DNA of 64,000 bases from an uncultured Clostridia bacterium. Its GTDB lineage: Bacteria > Bacillota > Clostridia > TANB77 > CAG-508. This document shows positions 1 through 10,229 of this stretch, piece by piece; positions within the stretch are counted from its first letter, which is position 1, and each line of letters opens with the position of its first letter. The notes under the pieces were generated by a model. That model had not been told where the DNA came from and did not search any database. It was given only the letters and a program-made list of their open reading frames with translations. The stretch spans positions 649 to 64,648 of the forward strand of contig CAUWEX010000004.1 of assembly GCA_963557965.1 (NCBI GenBank), read 5' to 3'. A program made the position numbers and the translations under genes.

Positions 1-161
1 AATGTATAATAAAAATAATAACTACTCAGTAAAATGGGTGGTTATTATTTTTGTTATGTGGAATGATTATATTGGAGTAAAGAAATAAAAATTGTACTTT
101 TTATAAAAATATGCTAAAATATCAGTAGAGTTTTAAGAGAAAGTATAAATGGAGGATTGAA

Positions 162-1152
162 ATGGAAATAAATTACCCACCATACACAATTACTGATAAA
201 ATGTTAAATTATGTGTCTGATATAATGAAGAAAATAGGAGAAGCAAATTATTTTGAAAATTTAAATAAATATCCAGAATTAAGAAGAAAATCGAGAATAA
301 GGTCAATACATTCATCATTAGCAATTGAAAATAACCAATTATCATTATTTCAAGTTGAAGATGTAATAAATGAAAAACCTGTAATTCGGAGAACAAAAAG
401 ATATTCAAGAAGTAAAAAATGCCTATAATGCTTATGAACAAATTGATAAAGTAAATCCATATTCTGTGGAAGATTTAAAGAAAATACACGGAATACTAAC
501 ATTTCTAATTGAAAAAGATGCTGGCAAATTTAGAAATCATGGTGAAGGTGTTTACGATGGGAATGTATGTATTTTTACTTGTCCACCACATAGATTAGTA
601 CCGAGTTTGATGGATAATTTATTTAATTGGATGAACGAAGTAAAAGGTAAAATAAACCCTTTGATTTTATCCTCTATATTTCATTATGAGTTTGTATTTA
701 TACATCCATTTCATGATGGAAATGGAAGGACGGCAAGATTATGGCAAACCGTATTGCTTTCACATTGGGAAAAAGCATTTACGTATTTACCAATCGAAAG
801 TATGATAAAGAAAAATCAAGAAGAATATTATACCGCTATTCAAAATTCTAATAGTGCTGGAAACTCAACAGAATTTATAGAATTTATGCTAAAAATGATA
901 GATAAGACAATAAATGAAATGTCTTTAAAACAACAAGAGACTACACAAGAAACTACACAAGAAACTACACAAGAAAAGATAATAAATTTAATTAAAAAAA
1001 AGCCAGCTATTACACAAGTTGAAATGGCAAAAGAGCTTAATCTAACAAGAGATGGTATATCATACAACATAAAAGCTCTAAAAGAAAAAGGTGTGATTGA
1101 AAGAATAGGGGCCACCAAAAAGGGAATTTGGAAAATAAATTTAGTAGAATAA
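162..1152 (+). pseudogene. Fic/DOC-family protein with C-terminal winged-helix domain, split by a 1-nt frameshift near 387
   Basis: ORFs 162-428 and 466-1152 are halves of one protein. It has the Fic motif HPFHDGNGRTARL and a C-terminal wHTH (ITQVEMAKELNLTRDGISYNIKALKEKGVIERIG). Reading from 388 in the downstream frame gives GEQKDIQEVKNAYNAYEQ, continuous with ORF2, so one extra C in gtaattCgga breaks the frame. Confidence 0.8.
934..975 (+). repeat. 12-bp tandem repeat x3.5 (caagaaactaca) encoding QETT repeats in the Fic linker
   Basis: Direct reading: caagagactaca caagaaactaca caagaaactaca caagaa. Translation is QETTQETTQETTQE. Confidence 0.95.
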
Positions 1153-1173
1153 TAATAAATAAGATAATTGAAA

Positions 1174-1250
1174 CTTTTGGTACGAAGGAATATGAAAATA
1201 ATGTAAAAGCAGCAAATAAGAAATAATTTTTTCCTCCGACCCTAAAATCA
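1174..1250. repeat. REP-like motif, inverted pair, locus A (between fic and prmC)
   Basis: cttttggtacgaaggaa (1174-1190) faces ttttttcctccgaccctaaaatca (1227-1250), whose reverse complement is tgattttagggtcggaggaaaaaa. Confidence 0.6.
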
Positions 1251-1265
1251 TGGGAGGTTTAGTAT

Positions 1266-2111
1266 ATGACAATAAAAGAAACAATGAGAAAAGGTATGAT
1301 TAAACTAAAAACAGGGAATGTAACAGAACCAAATTTAAAATCAAGATTACTTATGCAATATATATTAAATAAACCTCGACAATATTTAATAGTTTATGAT
1401 GACCAGATATTAACACTAAGACAAGAAGTAGATTATTTTAAATCAATAAAAAGACTTATCGAAGGAGAGCCAATTCAACATATAACACATCAACAAGAAT
1501 TTATGAAATTAAATTTCTTTGTAGATGAAAATGTCTTAATACCACGCCCAGATACAGAAATTTTGGTAGAGGAAGTAATTAAAATTGCTAAAAAGACTAA
1601 AGCAAAAAAAATATTAGATTTATGTACTGGAAGTGGTGCGATTGCAGTTTCTTTGGCAAAATATTTAGGCGATGTAGAAATAACCGCAATCGATATATCA
1701 AGTAAATCATTACAAATTGCTATCAAAAATGCAAAGTCAAATCAAGTAGAAGATAAAATAACATTCATAGAATCTGATTTGTTTTCTAATATCACAGACG
1801 ATAAATATGATATTATTGTATCAAACCCACCATATATAAGAAAAGATGTGATAAACACATTAACTAAAGAAGTGCAAAAAGAGCCCAAAATAGCATTAGA
1901 TGGAGGAGAAGATGGACTGGAATTTTACAGAAAAATAGTATGTGAAAGTGATAAATATTTAAAATTTAGAGGATATTTATGTTTAGAAATTGGATTTGAT
2001 CAAAAAAATGATGTAATAAACATAATAAATAATGAAAGAAAATATGTAGGAACATATTGTAAGAAAGACTTATATGATAATGACAGAATAGTAGTAACGG
2101 TACTAGATTAA
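1266..2111 (+). CDS. prmC: Release factor glutamine N5-methyltransferase PrmC/HemK
   Basis: SAM-binding motif ILDLCTGSGAI and the NPPY catalytic motif (SNPPYI); length is typical at 281 aa. Confidence 0.9.
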   Translation: MTIKETMRKGMIKLKTGNVTEPNLKSRLLMQYILNKPRQYLIVYDDQILTLRQEVDYFKSIKRLIEGEPIQHITHQQEFMKLNFFVDENVLIPRPDTEILVEEVIKIAKKTKAKKILDLCTGSGAIAVSLAKYLGDVEITAIDISSKSLQIAIKNAKSNQVEDKITFIESDLFSNITDDKYDIIVSNPPYIRKDVINTLTKEVQKEPKIALDGGEDGLEFYRKIVCESDKYLKFRGYLCLEIGFDQKNDVINIINNERKYVGTYCKKDLYDNDRIVVTVLD

Positions 2112-2133
2112 AATATAAATAGGAGATATAAAG

Positions 2134-3012
2134 ATGTCGTTTTCTTCAGATATAAAACAAGAGTTAAATAAAAACAATAAATTAGCAAACAAAAAATTAG
2201 TAAAATATGAATTAATAGGATACCTAATATCAGGAAATATAGATATGTTGGAAAGAAATATGGTTAGATTTTCAACAGGAAGTGATTATAATATAAATAG
2301 ATTTTCGAAATTATTAACTAACTTAGATATTAACCATAAAATCGATATATTAGGTAAAAACTTTAGTATAACATTTAAAGCTACTAAAGTAGAGGACTTT
2401 GTAGACATCAATGCAAAAAAAATTAGAATAAAAGAAGAAATAAAATATGATAAAAATGAAGAAGAACTTAAAGCTATTATAATAGGTGTATTTATGGGGT
2501 CAGGGTCTGTGAATAACCCAGAAAAAAAATATCATTTAGAAATTGATTTTAAGGAAGAAGTAAATTTAAGAGAAGTAAAAAAAATTTTAGAAAACTTTGG
2601 AATAGAAGTAAAAACAATGAATACAGAAAACAAAAAATCTTTATATCTAAAAGATGGAGAAGATATATCAAAACTATTAGCCCTAATTGGTGCTAATAAA
2701 GCAGTTATGCAATTTGAAGACATTAGAATTCAAAAAGAAATGAGAGGCAAAGTAAATAGGCTAGTGAATTGTAAATCAGCCAATCTGAATAAAACAATAA
2801 ATGCTTCAATTGAACAAATTGCAGCAATAAAAAAGCTAAAAGATAGCGGAAAATTTAGCAGATTAAGTGATAACCTAAAGGAAATTGCAGAATTAAGAGT
2901 TGAAAATCCTGATATGTCATTGTTAGAGCTTGGTAAAAAACTCAGTGAACCCGTGGGGAAGTCTGGTGTAAATTATAGATTAAAGAAGATAATGGAGATA
3001 GCTAATGAATAA
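2134..3012 (+). CDS. whiA: DNA-binding sporulation/cell-division regulator WhiA
   Basis: N-terminus MSFSSDIKQEL and a C-terminal HTH (MSLLELGKKLSEPVGKSGVNYRLKKI) are typical of WhiA. Confidence 0.85.
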   Translation: MSFSSDIKQELNKNNKLANKKLVKYELIGYLISGNIDMLERNMVRFSTGSDYNINRFSKLLTNLDINHKIDILGKNFSITFKATKVEDFVDINAKKIRIKEEIKYDKNEEELKAIIIGVFMGSGSVNNPEKKYHLEIDFKEEVNLREVKKILENFGIEVKTMNTENKKSLYLKDGEDISKLLALIGANKAVMQFEDIRIQKEMRGKVNRLVNCKSANLNKTINASIEQIAAIKKLKDSGKFSRLSDNLKEIAELRVENPDMSLLELGKKLSEPVGKSGVNYRLKKIMEIANE

Positions 3013-4156
3013 AAAAGAATTAGGTATATATATACATGTTCCATTTTGTAAAAGTAAATGCTATTATTGTGATTTTGTATCATTTCCGAATAAAATAAAC
3101 GCGGTTAATGCGTATATAAATGCATTAAAGAAAGATATGGAACAATTTGATGTATCAAATTATAATGTTACAACAATATATATTGGAGGAGGAACTCCAT
3201 CATATATTGATGAAGAAAACATAAAACAAATCTTTGAAATTCTAAATAAAAAATTAGAAAACAATGATACTAGAATTCAAGATATGGAAATAACCATAGA
3301 AATAAATCCAGGAACAGCAACAATAGAAAAATTAAAAACATATAAAAACTTAGGAATAAACAGAATAAGTATAGGGCTACAAAGTACACAAGATAGATTA
3401 TTAAAAGAAATTGGCAGAATTCACACATATCAAGAATTTTTAAGTACATATAAAATGGCAAGAAAAGTTGGTTTTAATAATATTAATGTAGATTTAATGA
3501 TAGGACTTCCTACACAAAATATAGAAGATATCAAACAAAGTTTAGAAGAAGTGGTAAAGCTACAACCAGAGCATATTAGTGTATATTCATTAATTGTGGA
3601 AGAGGGGACTGTAATTGAAAAAAGATTAAATAATGAAGAAATTGAATTACCACAAGAATATGTTGAAAGAAGAATGTATTGGTACGTTAAAAACTACTTA
3701 GAATTACAAGGATATTTACAATACGAAATATCTAATTTTGCCAAAAAAGGATATAGTTCAAAACATAATTTAAATTGCTGGAGACAGAAAGAATATATTG
3801 GTTTTGGAGTTGCAGCGCATTCATATATAGAAGATACAAGGTTTGGCAATATAGATAATTTAGAGGAATATATAAAAAATATAGAAGAAAATCATTTAGA
3901 AAAAAATAGAATAATAGAAGAAAAACAAACTAAAGAAGATAAAGAAAAAGAATTTATGATGTTAGGTTTTAGAAAAACTGAAGGAATAAGTATTTCAGAA
4001 TTTAAAGAAAAATTTATAGATAATCCATTGTTTGTGTATCATAAAGAATTAGAAAAGTTGGTTAGGCAAAAGTTAATAGAAATAGACCTTGACAATATTC
4101 GATTAACTAGCAAAGGACTAGATTTTGCAAATCTTGTTTTTGAAGAATTTATATAA
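3005..4156 (+). CDS. hemW: Radical SAM heme chaperone HemW (HemN-like)
   Basis: CxxxCxxC radical-SAM cluster (CKSKCYYCDF), GGGTPS motif and HemN C-terminal-like domain. Confidence 0.85.
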   Translation: MNKKELGIYIHVPFCKSKCYYCDFVSFPNKINAVNAYINALKKDMEQFDVSNYNVTTIYIGGGTPSYIDEENIKQIFEILNKKLENNDTRIQDMEITIEINPGTATIEKLKTYKNLGINRISIGLQSTQDRLLKEIGRIHTYQEFLSTYKMARKVGFNNINVDLMIGLPTQNIEDIKQSLEEVVKLQPEHISVYSLIVEEGTVIEKRLNNEEIELPQEYVERRMYWYVKNYLELQGYLQYEISNFAKKGYSSKHNLNCWRQKEYIGFGVAAHSYIEDTRFGNIDNLEEYIKNIEENHLEKNRIIEEKQTKEDKEKEFMMLGFRKTEGISISEFKEKFIDNPLFVYHKELEKLVRQKLIEIDLDNIRLTSKGLDFANLVFEEFI

Positions 4157-4157
4157 A

Positions 4158-4227
4158 CAAAAAAATGTTCGTAAAAAGTATTGACAATATTACAAATTGG
4201 AGATACAATAAAAACGAACATTTTTTC
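4158..4227 (+). promoter_or_regulatory. recN promoter (TTGACA-17-TACAAT) flanked by two inverted LexA/Cheo-like half-degenerate boxes
   Basis: TTGACA 4181-4186 and TACAAT 4204-4209. The 13-nt inverted repeat aaaaaatgttcgt (4160-4172) / acgaacatttttt (4213-4225) gives CGAACATTTTTTTG (reverse complement, 4158-4171) and CGAACATTTTTTCT (4214-4227), i.e. GAAC-N4-TTTY. Confidence 0.5.
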
Positions 4228-4259
4228 TGTAAAAATATATAAATTTTAGGAGGGAAATT

Positions 4260-5888
4260 ATGATAACAAATTTACACATAAAAAACATTGGAATAATTGA
4301 AGATGTTAATATAGATTTAAGCAAAGGCTTAAATGTTTTAACAGGAGAAACAGGAGCTGGAAAAACACTTATAATAGATTCTTTAGAGATAATTTCAGGA
4401 GGAAGATTTTCAAAAGAAATGATAAGAAAGGGAGAAAATAATTCATTTGTAGAATTATGCATGTATATGCCAAATTCTCCTAAATCAGAAGATGGAAATA
4501 TTATTGTATCACGTGAAATACATACCAATGGAAAAAATATGTGTAAAATTAATGGAAGAATGGTAACAGTAAGTGAGTTAAAAGAATTTATGTCAGAATT
4601 ACTTGAAATCCATGGACAAAACGATACACAGAGCTTATTAGATAATAGAAAACATCTTATGTATTTAGACGGATTTGCAGGGAAAGAATTAGAAAAAATA
4701 AAAGGAAAATACCAAAAGTTATACGAAGAATACATAAAAATTCAAAGTGAATTAAAGGAAAACTATGGAGATGAAAAAGAAAAACAAAGAAAGATAGATC
4801 TTTTAAAATATCAGATAAGTGAAATAGAGGAAGCCGGACTAAAGCAAAATGAAGATGAAATATTAGAAGAACAGAGAAAGAAAATGATGAATTCTGCTAA
4901 AATATCAGAAAATTTACAAAATGCTAATAGTTTAATAGAAGATGGTGGAATAGACAATATAAGTATGGCTATTAGAGCGTTAGAAAAAATAGAAGACATA
5001 GATAAAAAATATGAGACAACAGCAATAAACTTGAAAAACTTATACTATGAATTACAAGAAATTTCAAGGGATATAAGTAGTTATAAGGAGGATGTTTATT
5101 TTGATGAAATCGAAAGAAATGAAATTGAAGAAAGATTGGATTTAATTCGTACATTAAAAAGAAAATATGGAAATACAATAAAAGAAATACTTAAGTATAA
5201 GGCAGAAATTAGCCAAGAATTAGTTAAAATAGAAAACGCAGAAGAATACAACAAAGTTTTAAAAGAAAAAATAAAAAGTTTGGAAGAACAAATGGAACTA
5301 TTAGCTAGTCAAATGCATTCTATTAGAAAATTAGAAGGAAATAGGTTAAGTGTAGAAATAAATAAAGAACTTCAAGAACTAGAAATGAAAAATGCTAAAA
5401 TTACTGTAAAAGTTAAATATATAGAAGAATATCATCAAACAGGAAAAGATGATGTGAAATTTTATATATCAACTAATATTGGAGAAGAAGAAAAAGAACT
5501 TTCTAAGATAGCATCTGGAGGAGAAATGTCAAGAATAATGCTTGCCATAAAAAAAGTATTAGCTGAATCTGATAATATGCCAGTATTAGTCTTTGATGAA
5601 ATTGATACAGGAATTAGTGGAAAAGCTGCTAACAGTGTAGGAAATAAATTAAAAGTAATAGCTAAATCACATCAAGTAATTTGTATTTCACATTTGCCAA
5701 ATGTTGTTGCAAAAGCAGACAACAACTACTTTATAAGTAAAAATGTAGTGAAAGATAGAACTAGAACACACATACGCTTATTACAAGAAAATGAAGTAAT
5801 AGAAGAAATTGCTAGAATTTCATCAGGAGAAATAAATGAAATAACCTTAAAATATGCTTCAGAATTACGAAATAGAAAAGCGTCATAA
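4260..5888 (+). CDS. recN: DNA repair protein RecN
   Basis: N-terminal Walker A (GETGAGKT), long coiled coil, and C-terminal SMC signature/Walker B (ASGGEMSRIMLAIK, LVFDEIDTGISG). Confidence 0.93.
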   Translation: MITNLHIKNIGIIEDVNIDLSKGLNVLTGETGAGKTLIIDSLEIISGGRFSKEMIRKGENNSFVELCMYMPNSPKSEDGNIIVSREIHTNGKNMCKINGRMVTVSELKEFMSELLEIHGQNDTQSLLDNRKHLMYLDGFAGKELEKIKGKYQKLYEEYIKIQSELKENYGDEKEKQRKIDLLKYQISEIEEAGLKQNEDEILEEQRKKMMNSAKISENLQNANSLIEDGGIDNISMAIRALEKIEDIDKKYETTAINLKNLYYELQEISRDISSYKEDVYFDEIERNEIEERLDLIRTLKRKYGNTIKEILKYKAEISQELVKIENAEEYNKVLKEKIKSLEEQMELLASQMHSIRKLEGNRLSVEINKELQELEMKNAKITVKVKYIEEYHQTGKDDVKFYISTNIGEEEKELSKIASGGEMSRIMLAIKKVLAESDNMPVLVFDEIDTGISGKAANSVGNKLKVIAKSHQVICISHLPNVVAKADNNYFISKNVVKDRTRTHIRLLQENEVIEEIARISSGEINEITLKYASELRNRKAS

Positions 5889-5946
5889 AATATAAGTTGT
5901 AATAAAAAATGCATAAATAATACCAATATAGGATAAGATATAGTGA

Positions 5947-7242
<1,296 letters not shown>

Positions 7243-7249
7243 AGAAAAT

Positions 7250-7292
7250 AACAAGAAAAAAGATGATAATTTATTACCATCTTTTTTCTTGT
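7250..7292. terminator. Bidirectional rho-independent terminator between eno and the vWA gene
   Basis: aacaagaaaaaagatgataa / ttaccatcttttttcttgtt form ~20-nt arms with one mismatch, flanked by A and T runs. Confidence 0.8.
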
Positions 7293-7301
7293 TACAAAAT
7301 A

Positions 7302-8675
7302 TTAATGTTTCATATTTTTATTTAAAATAGTTAATTTTACAAAAGCAAATATTGCAAATCCTGAAGCAATTAATGTTCCTGTGATTAATAATGTTGTAAG
7401 TCCTGCTTTTGGTAGTTCTACAGGAGGTTCAACAAGTTTTAATTTTGGAGTTACTTCAGTTGTGTCTTGTTTAGAGTTTCCTTCAAAATCTGTATAACCA
7501 ATATCAACTTTTTCATTTGTATCTAATATTTTATCAACAATATTGTTATTAAAGTTTTGTTTTAATTTTAATTTATATTGAACAGTAGCAGTTTCACCAC
7601 TAGCAAGTTCGGGAATTGTCCATGTAATAGAGTTATTAGTAGTATCAACTTTAGCAGATATATTTCCAATATTAGCTTCTGTAACATATGCAAAATCAAA
7701 ATTATCTATGATTTCTTTTGGAAAATAATCGACTATAGTTATATCCTTATATGATTGAGCAAGTGGAACTAAAGTATCATATATGGTTTGAACAGTTTCA
7801 TTAATTTTATCATCTGTAACATAATAGAATGTTCCATAAGTAGGTTTTTCAACGGTTCCAAAAATTTCCTTTATAATTTCTCCATATGTTTTAGAAGTAG
7901 CAGGAGGCACATGGCTTTCATCTTCTATTCCAGTTAACATAGTAAAAAGAGTAATGTTGTCTTTTTCAAGAGACTGTAATTTTGCTTTTGTAGCATTTAT
8001 TACATCATCTGAGTAGTAAGGGTTATTGTGTTCTAATGCGATATTAGGTACACCATCTGTTAAAACTATCATATATTTATTTGTAGCTTTTGATGAAAAT
8101 TGCTTACTAGCTAATGTTAAACCAGCGTCTAAATCTGTTCTAGGTCCGTTTGCTTCTGTATTGGAAATAGCAGTAGACAAAGCTTTGGCATCATTTGTTA
8201 ATTTTGAAACTAAATGTGCATCTTCTAAAGTACCTTCTTTAGATACGTCAACATTACTAGAAAAACTTACAACACCTATTTGTAAATCTTTGTTGTCTTT
8301 TAATAAATCAGTTACTAATTTTTGAGCAGAAGAAAAAACTAAATCTTTTCTTGTGATAGTTTCGCCTGTTTTAGTATTTTTAGTTATTTCAGTATTCATA
8401 CTATCAGAATTATCTAATACCAACACGATTTCTCCAGTTGGTTTTTTACGCTCTTCTCCGTTAGTAACTTGTAATTGTAAAGTAACTTCTTTATTAGTTA
8501 AATCTTTACTAATTAATTTTTTCTCGAATTTTGAATTGGTTCCAAATTGAATAGTGGCAACAGGTTCTTCTACAACAGTCATTTGGACAGTTGAGTAAGA
8601 AGCAAAAGATAAGTTAGCCAATAAAATTAAAACCAAAAACAAAACGGCAAATGTTTTCTTTTTAATACTTGTCAT
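7302..8675 (-). CDS. Secreted von Willebrand factor A (vWA) domain surface protein with sortase-like C-terminal anchor
   Basis: Signal peptide; MIDAS motif VLVLDNSDSM; C-terminus is LPKAG followed by a hydrophobic helix and a basic tail (KNMKH). Confidence 0.75.
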   Translation of the reverse strand: MTSIKKKTFAVLFLVLILLANLSFASYSTVQMTVVEEPVATIQFGTNSKFEKKLISKDLTNKEVTLQLQVTNGEERKKPTGEIVLVLDNSDSMNTEITKNTKTGETITRKDLVFSSAQKLVTDLLKDNKDLQIGVVSFSSNVDVSKEGTLEDAHLVSKLTNDAKALSTAISNTEANGPRTDLDAGLTLASKQFSSKATNKYMIVLTDGVPNIALEHNNPYYSDDVINATKAKLQSLEKDNITLFTMLTGIEDESHVPPATSKTYGEIIKEIFGTVEKPTYGTFYYVTDDKINETVQTIYDTLVPLAQSYKDITIVDYFPKEIIDNFDFAYVTEANIGNISAKVDTTNNSITWTIPELASGETATVQYKLKLKQNFNNNIVDKILDTNEKVDIGYTDFEGNSKQDTTEVTPKLKLVEPPVELPKAGLTTLLITGTLIASGFAIFAFVKLTILNKNMKH

Positions 8676-8816
8676 AAAATCCTCTCCTTTAAAATAATAT
8701 ATACAATTTATATTGTAACATAAGGAAGAAAATATACAATAGTTTTTAAGAAAGAAAATGAAATGTAATAATTCTGTAATCTAAAAAAAATAAAATTAAA
8801 TAAAAAATGTTAAAGT

Positions 8817-9092
8817 CTTGAACTTGTAACTAATACGTGCTATAATAAAAAACGTAAGTTAAGAGAAAACCAATTAGAAAGCAAAGTATATATATTAGAA
8901 GAAAAAAGAGAAAATGGTCGTGGCTGAAAACCATTTAAATAATATATAGAAATTTCACTTTTTAGGTCCTTTTTTGAAATCATAGTAGAAAAGGGCGGTT
9001 GTACCGTTAAAACTATAATGAGGTTAGTGCAAGCTAATAAAATTAGGTGGTACCACGGAAAAAAAGCCATTTCGTCCTAAGTTGAGGATGAG
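8817..9092 (+). promoter_or_regulatory. Phe-specific T-box leader with promoter and terminator, controlling pheST
   Basis: Promoter TTGAAC-17-TATAAT (8817-8845). AGAGA motif is present; candidate specifier UUC at 8944-8946 is followed by A. T-box sequence AATTAGGTGGTACCACGG at 9031-9048. Terminator aaagccatttcgtcc...ggatgagtggcttttt ends ~9092. Confidence 0.85.
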
Positions 9093-9135
9093 TGGCTTTT
9101 TAGTTTTATATAAAGAGATAGAGAGGAGAAGAAAG

Positions 9136-10155
9136 ATGGAAGAAAAAATATCAGAAATAAGAACACATTCTATTGAAGAAATAGAAAAATGTAAAACACA
9201 AAAAGAGTTAAACGATTTAAAAGTAAAATATTTAGGAAAAAAAGGAGAATTAACAGCTGTATTAAGAGGAATGGGATCCGTAAGCCCAGAAGAAAGACCA
9301 GTGATAGGTAGTTTAGTTAATAAACTACGAGATGAATTAAATGAGCTAATTGAAAACAAAGATAAGGAATTTAAAAAACAAGAACTTCAAGAAAAGCTAT
9401 TAACAGAAAATATAGATATTACAGAACCAAGCAAAAAGATACAATTAGGTTCATTACATCCAATAACACAAGTTATTAAAGAAATAGAAGACATATTTCT
9501 AGGAATGGGATATAAAATAGCTGACGGACCAGAAGTAGAAAAAGCAATATATAATTTTGATAAATTAAACACACCAATAGATCATCCAGCAAGGGATATA
9601 CAAGATACATTTTATATAAATGATGATATAGTTTTAAGAAGTCAAACTTCAACTATACAAGCTAGAGTTATGGAAGAACAAAAACCACCAATAAAAATCA
9701 TCTGTCCAGGAACAGTATACCGCTCAGATAGTGTTGATGCTACACATTCACCAGTGTTCCACCAAATAGAAGGATTAGTAGTAGATAAAAATGTTTCAAT
9801 GTCAGATTTAAAAGGAACATTAGAAATGTTTGCTAAAAAATGTTTAGGTGAAAATACAAAGATAAGATTTAGACCACATCATTTTCCATTTACAGAACCA
9901 AGTGCAGAAGCTGATGTATCATGCTTTGTATGTGGTGGAAAAGGATGCAGAGTATGTAAGCAAGAAGGTTGGATAGAATTACTAGGATGTGGTATGGTAC
10001 ATCCTAATGTATTTAAAAATTGTGGAATTGACCCAGAAGAATATTCAGGATTTGCCTTTGGATTTGGTGTAGAAAGAATTGCAATGGCGAAATTTGGAAT
10101 AGAAGATATGAGATTGTTGTATGAAAATGATGCAAGATTTTTAAAACAATTTTAA
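9136..10155 (+). CDS. pheS: Phenylalanine--tRNA ligase alpha subunit
   Basis: Class II aaRS motifs (FRPHHFPFTEPSAE, GFAFGFGVERIAM). ATG 9136 lies downstream of the T-box terminator; the ORF-track start at 9082 lies inside the terminator. Confidence 0.95.
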   Translation: MEEKISEIRTHSIEEIEKCKTQKELNDLKVKYLGKKGELTAVLRGMGSVSPEERPVIGSLVNKLRDELNELIENKDKEFKKQELQEKLLTENIDITEPSKKIQLGSLHPITQVIKEIEDIFLGMGYKIADGPEVEKAIYNFDKLNTPIDHPARDIQDTFYINDDIVLRSQTSTIQARVMEEQKPPIKIICPGTVYRSDSVDATHSPVFHQIEGLVVDKNVSMSDLKGTLEMFAKKCLGENTKIRFRPHHFPFTEPSAEADVSCFVCGGKGCRVCKQEGWIELLGCGMVHPNVFKNCGIDPEEYSGFAFGFGVERIAMAKFGIEDMRLLYENDARFLKQF

Positions 10156-10229
10156 AAAGTAAAACATACTCAATTAAATTTTAAGAAAAACGATAATTTA
10201 AAAGTGAAAAGGTAAGAAGGGAGAATATA

